A DNA stretch of 64,000 bases, from contig CP120462.1 in the NCBI GenBank assembly GCA_034226945.1, positions 186,001 to 250,000 of the forward strand, read 5' to 3'. Position numbers and translations under genes: made by a program. Under the pieces are notes generated by a model that saw only the letters and a program-made list of their open reading frames with translations, did not search any database and was not told the origin of the DNA. This document shows, piece by piece, positions 1 to 13,187 of this stretch (position 1 is its first letter; each line of letters starts with the position of its first letter). Source of the DNA: Picochlorum sp. SENEW3. Its lineage: Eukaryota.

Positions 1-789
1 TATTAGTTTTGGATGGATAGGGAGATTGCTGCCTGGATGAAAATCGAGAAGGCGTAGATTGTGGCCCACCAGCTGGTGATGCCAACACATCTTTGCGAGC
101 CTGGTGCATCATCGTTCGGTTTCCACCCTGATACACTGCCTGAATCAAATTATTATCCTCACTGTGCTCGCGCATCGCGAGGTGCTGGCTTGCATCCTGT
201 CTGTATGACTGAGACTGTGCTGCAGCCCTGCCAGCAGCAACACCTGCCAGAAACGCATTATTCACCTGTGGCGATGTCATATCACTCGAACATACCACAT
301 GGTGGTGATGATGATGATGCTCTATCAATAAGGCAGTGGCCATATTGTTTGGACTCGGCGTACAGACCCCCTGACTTGGTGTGAAAGGCACCTGGTCCAA
401 GCCTTCAAGCAACGTGCGGGTCTTCGGCCCAAACTGGGCATGCGATGGCATCTCGTTACCATAAACTCCATTGAAAGATGATTTCTGTATCAATAAAGGG
501 CACTGTCAGCGACAGGTGTCGGAATAACTGAGGGGTTCGACGACCCACTGGCCAACCAACCCCCAACCGCTCCAGCACAAGCGCCTCGAACGATATGCAG
601 ATACGATATCCATACAGCACGTACCATTACTGAAGAACGTGGAGTTTTATATTGATTACCAGTCTCATCACCCTCATCATCTCCATCTATCACAAGGGCA
701 CTCGGGCGAAACGGTTTGGCACTCGCAGAGAGCCGATCGTCCTTTCTGCTCCCCTCCGCATCGCCTGAGATGGTCTGCCCTTCTACCAT
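1..789 (-). CDS. Uncharacterised low-complexity protein with a PAM2-like motif, truncated by the window edge
   Basis: ATG at 789 (MVEGQTISG...RLSASAKPFRP). GTACGT..TACAG intron at about 623-485. The second exon (poly-His) stays open to position 1. Confidence 0.55.
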
Positions 790-1066
790 AGTCAATGCTA
801 ATCTACACTAATTTAAAGTACATAAATAATAATAGAATCGCTCTGTAACGACGATGAGGCAGATTGGGCGAAAACACTCTGGTGCGATCCACCCATATAT
901 GGTACTGCGTTTTGAACAGTATGGTACTGCGAAAACGGTATGCACCTAGATATCCATGTGTTACAGACTGTTGTCGGAGTATTCTGATTATTGCTGATAT
1001 GAAGGAGCACTCAGTCAAGACTGTATGGTCCGAGTCGGATGGTCTTGACGTGATTTGGACAAGCAC

Positions 1067-1699
1067 TTATAGCACAAGTAAAAGCATGAGGGCAGCTGAC
1101 ATGGAGAGAGCTGCGCTCTGTACAGTGAACAGTGCACCAGTGCTGGATGGTGGCGCTGGGGATGGTTGTTCTGGAGATGGTGGCGCTGGGGATGGTTGTT
1201 CTGGAGATGGTGGCGCTGGGGATGGTTGTTCTGGAGATGGTGGCGCTGGGGATGGTTGTTCTGGAGATGGTGGCGCTGGGGATGGTTGTTCTGGAGATGG
1301 TGGTGCTGGGGATGGTGGTGCTGGAGATGGTGGTTCTGGAGAGTCCTTCTTCACCTCACCGTTCCAGTTTGTGCACATATTGCACTCGAAATCAACCTTT
1401 TTGGCATTCTTGCCGTACAAGGAGCACCCAGACCCGAACCGGGACCCAGTGCACTGATAGTAGTAGCAGTCATCCTGTTCTTCACAAACCTTGCAGGCGG
1501 TTTCAGGGGAGATGAACTTCTCTCCCACGTCATCCTCGGTGATCTCACCGACTTCGTCACCTTCCCACTGCCAGGAGTTATCCTGGATGGCAGTGCACGA
1601 ACCATACGTTCTTCGATCCTCCTCTTGCGCAAACCCGGTACAGAGAGAGGAGATCCCGAGCAGGGTCAAAAGCAACACGCGTGACCCGAAAGCACCCAT
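1067..1699 (-). CDS. Secreted Cys-rich, Ser/Pro-repeat (HRGP-like) surface protein with a GPI-like tail
   Basis: 210-aa ORF: signal peptide, Cys-rich domain, [10 protein letters not shown] repeats, small residues then a hydrophobic C-terminus. Confidence 0.8.
   Translation of the reverse strand: MGAFGSRVLLLTLLGISSLCTGFAQEEDRRTYGSCTAIQDNSWQWEGDEVGEITEDDVGEKFISPETACKVCEEQDDCYYYQCTGSRFGSGCSLYGKNAKKVDFECNMCTNWNGEVKKDSPEPPSPAPPSPAPPSPEQPSPAPPSPEQPSPAPPSPEQPSPAPPSPEQPSPAPPSPEQPSPAPPSSTGALFTVQSAALSMSAALMLLLVL
1143..1341. repeat. 30-bp coding tandem repeat (about 6.5 units)
   Basis: Unit gatggtggcgctggggatggttgttctgga is repeated and encodes [10 protein letters not shown] on the minus strand. Confidence 0.95.
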
Positions 1700-2088
1700 C
1701 TTTAATAGTCAATAGCCCTTGATTTCGTGATGAAACGAGTATTATCTCGTGTATGTCTGGTCTCAGTGGGATGAACCCAGTCCCTAGATACGCGTATCAA
1801 CCATGGGACGCGCTTGGTCACAGCAGTGCATTGTTCCGGATAGATCATACGATGCTCTTCTCCCATCAAAGAGACTGCTCCAAAGGCACAGAGAAATGAA
1901 TCGGTGGATATGGCCAAGCGATTGCCATCTCCTCCATATATGGACAGATGTACCATGAAATTGCACTACTATAATCTGATCAAATTATATATTGCGTGCA
2001 TCGCATCGCATGTAGCCCTGTGAGAGGACAAGGTCTCGCTTTGACATTACACTGTCCGAATCAGCAATTCAATAGAAATTTTCCAATC

Positions 2089-2586
2089 ATGAACTCAGTA
2101 ATTATCACTAGGACACTTATAATGCCAACTACTAGCATACGATGTGAAAAAAGCCGCACATGCCGGGTTGCTCGAGAAACCAAGAGTCTAGGCAGACCAG
2201 TGCCTTGTGGCAACAGCGCCTTCCCTTCTTTGAGGAGGTCGCATGTGTCAATGCGAAACCAAGTATCAGCACAAGCTGCTGTTGAAGATGCCGCTGCACT
2301 GGCTCCATCAGCACCGGCACCGGATGATCCTCTGATTAGCATCATGTTTTCTCTAGCAGTTGTTGCTTTGACTGTTCTGACTCTTGGCGTCGGATATCTT
2401 TCATTGACATCATGGTTGGATTCTAGACAAGAAGAAGAAGATCGACGAAAAAGTGGATTTGCTCCCAAAAAGGTGGATGCCAACCAGGGGCTGAGTGCAT
2501 TTGATACTAGCAGTGTGGACAAAAAGTCGAAAAAGAAAAAGAGCGGTGCACCCAAAAAGGCATCGGGCAAAGGATTTGGTAGCTAA
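2089..2586 (+). CDS. Small single-pass membrane protein, probably plastid-targeted
   Basis: Transit-peptide-like N-terminus, one hydrophobic helix, Lys-rich tail ending GKGFGS. Start codon uncertain (2089 or 2122). Confidence 0.65.
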   Translation: MNSVIITRTLIMPTTSIRCEKSRTCRVARETKSLGRPVPCGNSAFPSLRRSHVSMRNQVSAQAAVEDAAALAPSAPAPDDPLISIMFSLAVVALTVLTLGVGYLSLTSWLDSRQEEEDRRKSGFAPKKVDANQGLSAFDTSSVDKKSKKKKSGAPKKASGKGFGS

Positions 2587-2884
2587 CTAGTTCATATACT
2601 TTCGATCTGTAAGAATACTTGCTCCTCAAGAGGTACACGGCACCATTCAGTACCTTGCAGAGGTACTCTACTACAAAGAAAAACAACCCTCCCATCAATG
2701 TGGGTGTCGGATGGGAGAGGTCATACGGATATTTTTCGGAGGCGTCGTAGGTACAATGCTGCTCGTATTCTCCAATCAAATCCCCCGTGTTGGACACATT
2801 CTCCACACAAATATTACAATTCGTCTGTTGTGGCAGTTGGACTTGCGTACTTTTCTCAAACGTACCAGATACACCCCCGCAGAC

Positions 2885-3777
2885 ATGCAGCAGCTCTTGT
2901 GCAGTAGTTTCACTGGACTGGCCGTCAGGTCAGATGGGCCATCGGTTGGTCTTAGACAATCCCAGAAGAAAAATGTGGCTCCAATTAGACGCGCAGTCTC
3001 CGTGAAAGCCAGCATTGTGGCTGAGCCGGCGACCCTCGATGTCAAGTCCGTGGACGGAAAGAGCGCCGGAACTGCGGCGCTTTCCCTCCGTGTGGCTGAC
3101 CCAGATTCATCAAAGGGATTGGTTCACAGATATGTGGTCATGATTAGGCAGAACATGCGCCAGGTATGTCCTTGGAATGGATAGAAAAGGGAGTGTGTGG
3201 TGTGCCGACGACATAGCCGTGGCACTCTTTTCGTTCTTCTGGTGTTTGACACTGATGCATTGTTGTCGTGTAGGGAAATGCAAGCACATTGACTAGGGGA
3301 GAAGTTCGTGGTGGAGGTGCCAAGCCATATAAGCAGAAGGGAACAGGAAATGCTCGTATTGGAACAAAGCGTACGCCTCTTCGCCCAGGAGGTGGTATTA
3401 GTTTCGGACCAAAGCCACGCGATTGGTCTATTACGATGAATAAGAAGGAGAAGCGTTTGGCATTGGCGACTGCGATTCAGAGTGCTGCAGAGGACATGAT
3501 TGTTGTGGAGGACTTTGCTGCTGACTTTGCTGAAATCAAGACAAAGAGTTTGGTATCCAAGCTTGAGGCTGTCGGAGCAAATCCAACGGAGGAGAAGACT
3601 CTTTTGATTTTGAACGAGCCAAGTGAGAACGTGTATTTGTCTGGTCGCAATATGGAGTTCTTAGCAATCAACTTGTCCAACGCTGTCCAGGTGTATGATG
3701 TTCTTGGGGCATCAAAGGTTGTTGTGGAGAAGTCAGCTCTGGAGTACATTAATGAGTACTATGGAGAATCTGCTTGA
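2885..3777 (+). CDS. RPL4: Plastid 50S ribosomal protein L4 (exons 2885-3163, 3274-3777)
   Basis: The spliced join gives [32 protein letters not shown]...GGGISFGPKPR, the uL4 signature. Transit peptide present. Confidence 0.95.
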
Positions 3778-3825
3778 TCATTTGAATTTTCTATAGAGTA
3801 ATTGTAATTAACATATACAGTAGTT

Positions 3826-6333
3826 CTACGGATCTGTGAAACTCGTTGCGTTGTTGTTCAAGTTGTAGTAGTGGAGGTGCCGATTTTTAGGCCCCTTGTA
3901 TGGGCCAGACACAGTCGTGTCAGTCCTGTACGTTGCGGAGGAAATCAAGCCAGCTGGGTCTCTTCCGGAGAGTTTGCTCGTCTTCATCTTCGAGTTGTAC
4001 CGCTGCAGAGCCTTCAAATCTTTCGATGGAAGCAAGAATGTTGTCAGTAAACCTTCCACTGCTTCTTGCAGGACTTCTAGGCCTTCCCCTAGCAGCGTTT
4101 GCCCTGTGAATGCAAGGTTGGAATTTCTTTTGGCGGCCATTTCAGCGTGCTTGGCGGCCAAACTTCCTAATTCATGTTTCGTGCGGGCCAACTCTTGGAA
4201 GTCTGAGTGGCGCTGCTTTTGTAGTTGAGCATTTCTATATTGTCTGTACGCTCTCTGAATAGTTCTAGCTGCTTTATTTTCGGCTTCAACTTTTCTAAAG
4301 TGCTTATTCAGAATATCGAATTTGAATATTGCTTCTTTGGCTTGCCGCTTGAAGCGAGATGCATCCCTCTTTGCCATGTCTATTGAATCTCTAAGAGATT
4401 CATTTTCTTGTTCCAAAACCTTTGTATGCTCTTGTGTTTCTTTCAGAGACTGACGAGTTTTGACAAGATCTTTCTTTTCCATTTCGATAATCGATTTGAA
4501 CGTCGCGATTTGCTTTATGCATAGGGCAATATCTTTCTTGTATTTTGATTCAATGCTCTCCTCCAGCGCCTTGATGCTATCACCATATTCATCATCTTTG
4601 GCTGAGCATACATCTCTCAGAGCATCACACTCTGATATTTTTGATTGTAAATCATTTTGGACTTCTGCTAAACGTTGAGAAGTCTGTAGATTGGTGGATT
4701 TCTCCTTGTTCAACTGCCCTTCAAGTTCCAAAATTCTGTCTCGTTGAGATGTATTCTCCTCAATTTTCTGATCCAAGCGGTCCCTCATGTCGTCCAACTT
4801 TGTTTGCAAAGACTCTTGAGAAGATTTATACGAGTCAGCTACACACTCCAAGGTAGCGCGTCGCTCTTCCCACATCTCCTGCTCCCTCTCATGATTCTTT
4901 TCCATCTCATCCAATTGCCCCAGGGCTCTATCGAGCTGATTCCTCAATTCGTCAATCTTTTTCGTCGCTGCACTCTCCGCTTCAAAAGCCTTATTCTCAG
5001 CTTCCAGAGCACGATTCTGAAATGCTTCCTTTTCTCTTCTCTCCAGTCGCAGTTCCTCCTCGTGTTCATCCTGCAGCTTTTTATTCTCCTGTAATGCCAA
5101 CAATTTCTCGCGCTCCAAACATTCTATCACCTCTTTACTTCGCTCTTGTTCTTTTTTAAGGTGCATAAAAGCCGTTGCGTCCAGTGATGATTGCATAAAG
5201 GCCTCCCGGGCAGTAGCAATGTGCATCGAGCTGTCACCAGCCACATCCAACAAGGATGGCACATCTGTCTCTGTCACATTCACCTCCGCATGGGTGGTCA
5301 CATGCATTGCACGACTTCCAAATTCCAACGACTGGTATGTTTCATCACTGTGCTCAGCATCTCCTGAAATAGCAATAATCATTGATGTTTTGGCATTCCC
5401 ACCCAAACTTTCCTGGAGCAACCTGGTGAGTTTTGAATCCCTAAATGGCACATGTGGGGATCCCATTGCTCTCGCACTGACACACTTTCCCAACGTTGTG
5501 AGTGATAAATTGATCGCTCTCGCTTCGACAGCCCTCTGAGCGACACTCTTGCTCTTTTTCAAACGCTCCGAACCAGCTAAATCAACCAAAAACAACTTTC
5601 CAACACGGTTTCTCTTCTCCATCTCATCGTATCGAATCACTGTAAAAATAACAACTGCGTGGCTTCTACTAGAGTGGGCATTCAACTCTGTGAATGCAAC
5701 ACTTCGATTTCTGTCGCCCAACTGAAGCAAGCGCAAACAATCATCCAAGCAAGTCACTTCCATTTCAGACAGGTCTGGTACAGAAACATATCCCTTCTTG
5801 CCCTCCCGAATGCTGAGGTTATCACCAGCTTCAGGCTTTAGCAGATCTTGAATCTGTTCACAATATATCTGCAAGTATGATAATCTCACTGTACATGTAT
5901 CCTCATTCTGCACCTTTTGAAACACATCCTGCGCCACCCTAGGAATAACTCCTATACACTCTGGCTTGATGCTACTCAGCGTATGCGTTTTACCAGCCCC
6001 TGTTTGACCATATGCTAATATAGTACCGTTATATCCCTGTAAAACGTCATCCACAATCGGTTCCGCAACAGCAGTATACACATCACTCTGACTAGCAGTC
6101 TCATCTAGGACCTGATCAAACACAAACTGTTTCTGCTGAACTCCATGCCTTCCCTCCCGTCTTACCCGGATACCATGCCCGTGAGCATCTTGAAACAAAG
6201 AAAGATAATCTCTTCGCTGCCCATCACCCCGACAATCGGGCTTGACGCGGACAAATACGTTGACTCTCTCACTCTTTTCTTCCACTACTGCTGCGCCGTC
6301 AAAAGAAGATTCCATCGACGATGATGCCTCCAT
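3826..6333 (-). CDS. Kinesin motor protein with coiled coil and IQ motif
   Basis: GYNGTILAYGQTGAGKT P-loop, NAHSSRSH, LVDLAGSE, HVPFRDSKLTRLLQ; IQ-like AARTIQRAYRQYR. Confidence 0.95.
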   Translation of the reverse strand: MEASSSMESSFDGAAVVEEKSERVNVFVRVKPDCRGDGQRRDYLSLFQDAHGHGIRVRREGRHGVQQKQFVFDQVLDETASQSDVYTAVAEPIVDDVLQGYNGTILAYGQTGAGKTHTLSSIKPECIGVIPRVAQDVFQKVQNEDTCTVRLSYLQIYCEQIQDLLKPEAGDNLSIREGKKGYVSVPDLSEMEVTCLDDCLRLLQLGDRNRSVAFTELNAHSSRSHAVVIFTVIRYDEMEKRNRVGKLFLVDLAGSERLKKSKSVAQRAVEARAINLSLTTLGKCVSARAMGSPHVPFRDSKLTRLLQESLGGNAKTSMIIAISGDAEHSDETYQSLEFGSRAMHVTTHAEVNVTETDVPSLLDVAGDSSMHIATAREAFMQSSLDATAFMHLKKEQERSKEVIECLEREKLLALQENKKLQDEHEEELRLERREKEAFQNRALEAENKAFEAESAATKKIDELRNQLDRALGQLDEMEKNHEREQEMWEERRATLECVADSYKSSQESLQTKLDDMRDRLDQKIEENTSQRDRILELEGQLNKEKSTNLQTSQRLAEVQNDLQSKISECDALRDVCSAKDDEYGDSIKALEESIESKYKKDIALCIKQIATFKSIIEMEKKDLVKTRQSLKETQEHTKVLEQENESLRDSIDMAKRDASRFKRQAKEAIFKFDILNKHFRKVEAENKAARTIQRAYRQYRNAQLQKQRHSDFQELARTKHELGSLAAKHAEMAAKRNSNLAFTGQTLLGEGLEVLQEAVEGLLTTFLLPSKDLKALQRYNSKMKTSKLSGRDPAGLISSATYRTDTTVSGPYKGPKNRHLHYYNLNNNATSFTDP

Positions 6334-6811
6334 GAAGCTATAATTCCAATTAGTACTTAAATTGAGAAGTGTAATGTACTGTCAGATGCCCATAGATGTG
6401 GCACACGAGATTGCGTCAGTCGTTGGTTGGTCGTTGGAAGGAATACTCCTCACACTCACCCATACAACCACTATGGCCTTTCTAAAAATAAATAATATCT
6501 TTAAATAGCAATCTGATCTGCTTTTCTTGACTGGGTCATCGACGTCATCTGATCTTCCGACTGTCGGAGTTCCTTAATCCAAACATTTGGTATACAGTGG
6601 ACTGAAACAGCTCCATTGGTACACGTAGTACTCGCATGGCAGTCTTACAACTACATATCATATATATTACGTGCTACATTGGTGATACGAGAAGCTGAGG
6701 AGTAATCTGTACTGTTCTAGTTGAGAAGGATATGGATTGTCGCTACACGTCACTGTGACATGACCATTGCCGCATTTTGAGACGTATCTGTGTGCGAATA
6801 TTAATATATCA

Positions 6812-7534
6812 ATGTGTTCCATTTTCCTGAGAAGGGCGAAAGGGTGCTTGTCGCGCGGGAGGCTATTTTCCCCAGAACTGTCTGGGAGAGACCTTTTTGG
6901 ACTCTACGCAGGACGGGGAGTTCATAGCACTGCTGCACAGCATATCATCATGCCTGGACAGGCAGGTTTATCTCTGCCTAGTAGCAAGAGTCTGTGGGAT
7001 GTGCTCAAACGAGAGCACATTGAGGGGCATGATGCCCAGCATGTTAAGGATATATGGATGGAATACCATGCAGATCCTGCCAAGAATAGAGTTGCTACGG
7101 TTGTGCCTGCGCATAAATATGATGTGTTTTGTGAGACTGCTGCTCTGACACCCATGTTTGTGCTGCCAGTGTTTCGAGGGCCTAATTCTTTTGAAACATT
7201 TGCGCTCCAATGTCAAACACCCTTGGTACTTTTTACTTCATTGGAAGAATTCAAGCACCATGGATCTGCTGCGACTCCTCACTTTGTGATGACTCATTAC
7301 ACTGAGCTTGTTCAATCTCACAAGATTGTGCTTGTGAGGGGTGATATTATTCAGCCGCATGCACTGGATATGATTCAGGCAATGTCCTTGATGCTGAATG
7401 CACACGAGTATTTTACTGATTTTGGAGCGAAACGAGAGTTTGTACATATATTCAATAATAGACCAAATGAGTTTGATTTCAAAAAATTGTTGGACAGTAT
7501 GGGGCACGATTCCAGCAGATTGCCAAGAGAATAA
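6812..7534 (+). CDS. ATP11: Mitochondrial F1-ATPase assembly factor ATP11/ATPAF1
   Basis: IWMEYH, PMFVLPV, LFTSLEEFK, HYTEL..KIVLVRGDI and FNNRPNEFDF match the ATP11 pattern. Confidence 0.85.
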   Translation: MCSIFLRRAKGCLSRGRLFSPELSGRDLFGLYAGRGVHSTAAQHIIMPGQAGLSLPSSKSLWDVLKREHIEGHDAQHVKDIWMEYHADPAKNRVATVVPAHKYDVFCETAALTPMFVLPVFRGPNSFETFALQCQTPLVLFTSLEEFKHHGSAATPHFVMTHYTELVQSHKIVLVRGDIIQPHALDMIQAMSLMLNAHEYFTDFGAKREFVHIFNNRPNEFDFKKLLDSMGHDSSRLPRE

Positions 7535-7537
7535 TAG

Positions 7538-10500
7538 TTACTTTGAGAAACTCTTGCTCATTGATGATGAGATGATGTTTGGTAACTTTTTCTGAATCTT
7601 GAATTCTTTCTTGAGATATTTGGAGGCAGCATGGTCTTTACGATGGCATAAAACTTTCTTGATGGCTTCTGGATCGGAGTTGAGGGATCCGTCAGATGCC
7701 AAGGGGCGTTTTTTGGCCTCCTTCAGCATGGAAATAAGTCTACCAGTTTCTATATCCATGAGATGGACTGTCTCAAGAGATGATTTCATAAGTTTCTCTA
7801 TGGATGCCTTGTCAAGACCATCTCCATCAGCGTGGAACATGCCCGCCATGGCCTCCATGTCTTCTTGCAGCGTCTGAACATCGCTCATGCTGAACCATCG
7901 TACTGGGCCTCCGTCCAACAAAACATGGGTTACAGCCATGTTCAATGCTTTACAAAAGTGTCCAGCCAAACGAGCGGCCAGACTCTCGTTTAGGATTTCA
8001 CACATGTCCCCAAGAGAAGCATCAATCTCTCTCAGAATGGGGTGGATTCGTTGTGCTTGGACATTATATCTGTAGAGCTTTGAAAAGACTTGATCACGAA
8101 GATGCCCGCATATTAACTGCAACAGCAAGAATATAGAAATAGGTGAGTTTAAATTTATCTCCAACAAACCAAAACCTCAACATACCTTGATTGCAACAAA
8201 GTGTAACACAATGTCAACGTCATTTGCTGCCTTGCCCAAGACACCTTGAAACATTCCAGAGGCCCACTCCATGGATTGCATGTGAAGTTTTGCACTCGCG
8301 CTCTTTGGTTGGCCAGACTCCCACTTTTGCACAACAATATCACCCATCTTCATCATTCCCTCAGCAATTCTACTCAGCGAGTTTGCTCTAATGGCAAGAG
8401 AACTGAATGGAACTCCAAGGATTTGTTGCTTCTGGTCATTGGTCAAGTTTGGCAGCCAAGAAGACGTAAAGACAGATCCAACTTTTGCTGTTATATTCTT
8501 CATAGAGCTGGGAGATTTTTCAACAGATCCAGGAGGGGTTTGCGAATCACCAGATCCACGATCGATTTGCTGGGCTGTATCCACAATGTCTTTCTTGTAC
8601 CGTGTCAAGGGAGGATCTGGAGGAATGATGTCATCGACAGACAACAATGGTGCGCTGATGCTATCGCAGTATTTTTGAAGGATTCCATCGACACCATCGA
8701 CCATACATCTGACAACTCCTGGAGGAATGGGAATGCCCATCATAAAAAGGGACTCGACCACATCTGTAGAAGCTTTCAAAATCTCTCCAACAGAACTTCC
8801 ACATGCTCCTCTTGCATTCGACACACTTTTCCAACTCTCACTGGATATAATACGATCATTCCACTCTTGTAGTGTTCTCAGCTGGCCCTTTGTCCATTCA
8901 TATAACTGTGGAGTTATGCGATCAATCACCCCCCATTCTGGTGCAGCCATTCCATGCTGCTGCATCTCAAGCAAGAGCTGATCTTCGAGATCCATGGCGG
9001 TACTCAATATTTCAATCACACGCTTGTCCAAAGATCGAATAGACACAATCCACGGCAGCAGCCTTGCCCCATACGACTCGTGCAAAGCTGCAGCTGCAAT
9101 ACCTGTAGATTTGGGGATGTAATGTTGCAGCATTCTGCTATAGTCCTCGCATTCCGATCGAAGCAATTCAAGACATTCAGTTGCAAGCAAAGCAACTTGA
9201 TCTTGCTCCGACGCAGCATGATTGCCGATTTCTGCAGCTTTTCTTTCATACTGCTCCGTCACAGATGACTTGATTAATGAAGACAGTATTTCTGCAAGAT
9301 TTCCCTGCTCTTTTGTTCTCTTATTGATCGCCACCAACAGCTGAATGATGGATGAAACTTCACGCGGACTACTACAGAGATAATGGTAATCGCCCAGCAC
9401 TCTGATGCATTCCCGCCGGATACCCTCCATGATTTCTCCCACTAAAACAACAGACTCTCTTGTCCTTGTCTCACCCTCACCAGCACTCCCCGCAATACCA
9501 GCCATCTCGCACGCCCTTTCCAGAAACATGGGTTCTTTGGAAATATAAAACTGACGATAATTCGCCCAAACTTGCAGTGCAGAATGAATCTCATGTGATA
9601 TTCCAAGAAGAGGCCAAACCTTCTTCCTCAACAACTGATCAAGTTCATCAACCTCATCGATCAACGATCCTTCATCCAGGGAATCAAACGATCCACGTAA
9701 TAAAACCTCTGCAATCGCTGCTTTCAGGTCCCAGGGAATCTCAGCACCTTTCTGGCATCGCGAGGCAATCTCTGAGCACACAGAGGTGACAGCAGCAACA
9801 GCCTCTTGCATTTCCCTCTCATCATAATCGTCAGCATCCCTTGCATCCAGCCTTCTAAAACCTCCCTTCATAACAGCAATTAAATAATGCGCATTTGAGG
9901 AATCGTCGGTATTCCATGACGTTTGGACATTGTGGATGAGAGTCAACTGAATCAACATGCACGTCGCATCTCTCCATGCCATATATGATCTAAAATTCTC
10001 AAAATTCGGTGGAGACACAAGCCCAAGCAATCGAAGGTGAGACTCAATAGTAGATAATGGTGTCTTCTCCTTCTTTCGAACCTTGGCCAGCACGTCCTTC
10101 AAATTCTGACCCCTCTTTTCACTGATTTCCAACTGCCCCCTCACACTTTGAAGCACATCAGAAGATGCCGACTTCCCACAGCAATCAATGAAAATTTCAA
10201 ATGCAATATCCCTCAAGTTCTGATCATCCATTTGCGAACTCAAATACGATATCCCCAGCCGAGGCAGGGACATGGCCCCTACATCCATGCCTCCATCATC
10301 AATAGCATCAACAACAGTATTCACTGACGTCCTCCGTGACACAGGCCTCGCATTCTCAGGATCACATATATCTATCAAATCAATCTTCTTCCTCGTCTTG
10401 ACAAAGTCGATAAGCTTTTCCACATCCAAGGCATCAAGGAGCCAATCATCAAATGAATTACACCCAACTGGCAACAGAATCTCAACGCCCTGGTCAACCT

Positions 10501-10694
10501 TTTCCTGCACAAACACACCAATCCACATCATGTACTGATACCAAGCAGTCTGTGTCGAGGAAATGCCCTCCGATTCCTCAAGCAAGCGGGTGACATGGTG
10601 CCTATACGCTGCTCTACCCACCGAAACAACATACCTGAAGGATGTACTGAATCAGAATACGACGCTCTGCCACCACAGGGTCCACTTGAGTCAT
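7538..10694 (-). CDS. Munc13-homology (PATROL1/DUF810-like) protein (exons 10694-10635, 10504-8186, 8116-7538)
   Basis: LRDIAFEIF, IPPDPPLTRYKK, VLLDGGPVRWF, FHADGDGL, VLCHRKDHAASKYLKK; canonical GT-AG introns join the ORFs in frame. Confidence 0.85.
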
Positions 10695-10959
10695 TATTAT
10701 AAACTATAAATACAGTATCTTTGCTTCTTTGGGATATCAGAGTGTTTCAACTGTACCAAGGTTGTTCAAGATCGTGATCTCGGAAATAACGCGCTTCTAT
10801 CGAAACAACTCCAATACTCTAGATTCATCTCAATACTGACTACAATTTGCATATATATTTCTATTTAAATGGATAATGCGTTCCCATGTTACATGATGGA
10901 TCGATCTATCAGATGGGTTGACCCACCCATGTGGGTCATCCTGACACATGTAGATGTTT

Positions 10960-13187
10960 CTATTCTTTGTTGTCCTTGTCCTTCACCTCTGCATCCTCGA
11001 CATTCTCCTTATTCTCCTCACTTGCTTTGCCAGAGAGAGACTCGCCAATCTTCATGGCTGCTTGCTGCAATGCCGATGTCTTTGCCTTGATGTCTTCGGC
11101 ATCATCGTGCTCCATGGCACCTCTAAGCTCACCAATGGCACCATTGATAGCGTCAACCACATCTTGAGACAGCTTGTCCTTGTATTCCTCCACTGATTTT
11201 TCAGTAGAATAGATCAACGCATCTGCATCGTTGCGGGCATCGATGGCTGCCTTGCGCTCCTTGTCCTTTTCTGCATAGGTTTCTGCATCACTCACCATTT
11301 GCTCAATCTGTGTCTCTGAGAGACCGCCAGATGACTGAATGGTGATGCTTTGTTCCTTTCCAGTGGATTTATCTTTGGCAGACACATGAACGATACCATT
11401 TGCATCAATATCAAATGTAACCTCAATCTGAGGGACACCACGTGGGGCTGGTGGCAACCCTACCAAGTCAAACTGACCGAGTGGGTTGTTATCTGCAGCC
11501 ATTTCGCGCTCACCCTGGAACACCTTGATTCCGACTTGAGTCTGGTTATCAGCGGCTGTAGAGAACACCTGCGATTTCTTGGTTGGAATGGTTGTGTTGC
11601 GAGGAATCAACTTGGTCATGACGCCACCCAATGTCTCAATACCGAGCGACAATGGGGTCACATCAAGCAAGAGAATATCCTTCACATCTCCACGGAGTAC
11701 ACCTCCCTGAATAGCAGCACCCATAGCGACAACTTCATCAGGATTCATTGATCTGTTTGGATCCTTCTTGAAGATATCCTTGACAATTTCATGGACCTTT
11801 GGCATGCGAGTCATTCCTCCCACCAGCAATACCTCTGCAATATCAGCTGGCTGAACGCCAGCATCCTTCATGCAACTCTTACATGGATTCACAGTACGAT
11901 CCAAGAGTGGCTTGACCAGAGTCTCCAGCTTTCCACGAGTCAAAGTCATCTGGAGATGCTTGGCACCAGATGCATCAGCAGTAATGAATGGCAAGTTGAT
12001 CTCTGTCTGACTGGAAGATGACAACTCACACTTGGCTTTTTCTGCGGCCTCACGAAGACGCTGCACAGCGAGCTTATCTTCAGTCAAATCAATGCCTTGG
12101 TCTTTCTTAAACTCTTCCACAATATGCTTGAGGAGTGTGTTATCGAAATCCTCTCCACCAAGGAATGTGTCTCCATTGGTGGCCTTGACCTCAAACACAC
12201 CTCCTGAAATCTCCAAAATTGAAATATCAAAGGTTCCTCCTCCAAGATCATACACTGCTACAAGACCCTCCTTCTTATCTGATCCATAGCACAGCGCTGC
12301 CGCTGTTGGCTCATTGATGATACGGAGCACATCCAACCCTGCAATTCTTCCAGCATCCTTGGTAGCCTGCCTCTGATGATCATTGAAATACGCAGGAACA
12401 GTAACCACAGCTTGAGAAACTGAACGGCCGAGATATCTCTCAGCAGTCTCTTTCATCTTCATCAGGGTAAAAGCTCCGATTTGTGAGGGACTATACTTCT
12501 GCCCACCAGCCTCAACCCACGCATCTCCATTATCAGCTCGCGTAATCTTGTATGGAACCATCTTAACTTCTTTCTGAACCTCATCTTCATCGAATGTACG
12601 GCCAATCAACCTCTTCGTCGCATACACAGTATTGCTTGGGTTTGTAACAGACTGTCGCTTTGCTGGCAACCCAACCAAACGCTCTCCCTTGTCGGTAAAC
12701 GCCACGACAGACGGTGTCGTCCTCTGTCCTTCAGCATTCTCAATCACCTTTGCTGTCTGCATACAGTGACAAGATGGTAATGCGATACACATCCAAATAG
12801 ACATGATTCACATGCCAATACCATACCTTTCCCTCCATAACAGCCACACACGAGTTGGTCGTCCCCAAATCGATACCAATCACCTCATTCCCAGCAGCCA
12901 TTCGACTCTGGCTCGTCCTGCAATCAGATAAATGCCATTGGCATCGCACATGATCATCACCGAACATTCTCGAACAATCTCATCCAACACAAGAGATGCC
13001 ACGCCACGCACCCAAATGCTCTCAGGTCATTTCCAATCACACCCTACAAATAGATTTAAATCATAGACCGAGTAAGCCATCAGTTGATTGCCAGATCGAG
13101 ACAAATTCACGCAATTCGCACCCCAAAGCCTCCATCGATCGCCTGGAGAGCACGACGGCAAACCTGTCTACCAGCGCGTGCCAACAT
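10960..13187 (-). CDS. HSP70: Mitochondrial Hsp70 (DnaK-type), multi-exon
   Basis: [46 protein letters not shown]. Presequence [15 protein letters not shown] from ATG 13187, joined through short exons. Confidence 0.95.

Noticed and set aside
12920..12965. GTGATGA...CTGA in an Hsp70 intron
   Set aside because: Too short for a snoRNA, and the CTGA is probably the branch site.
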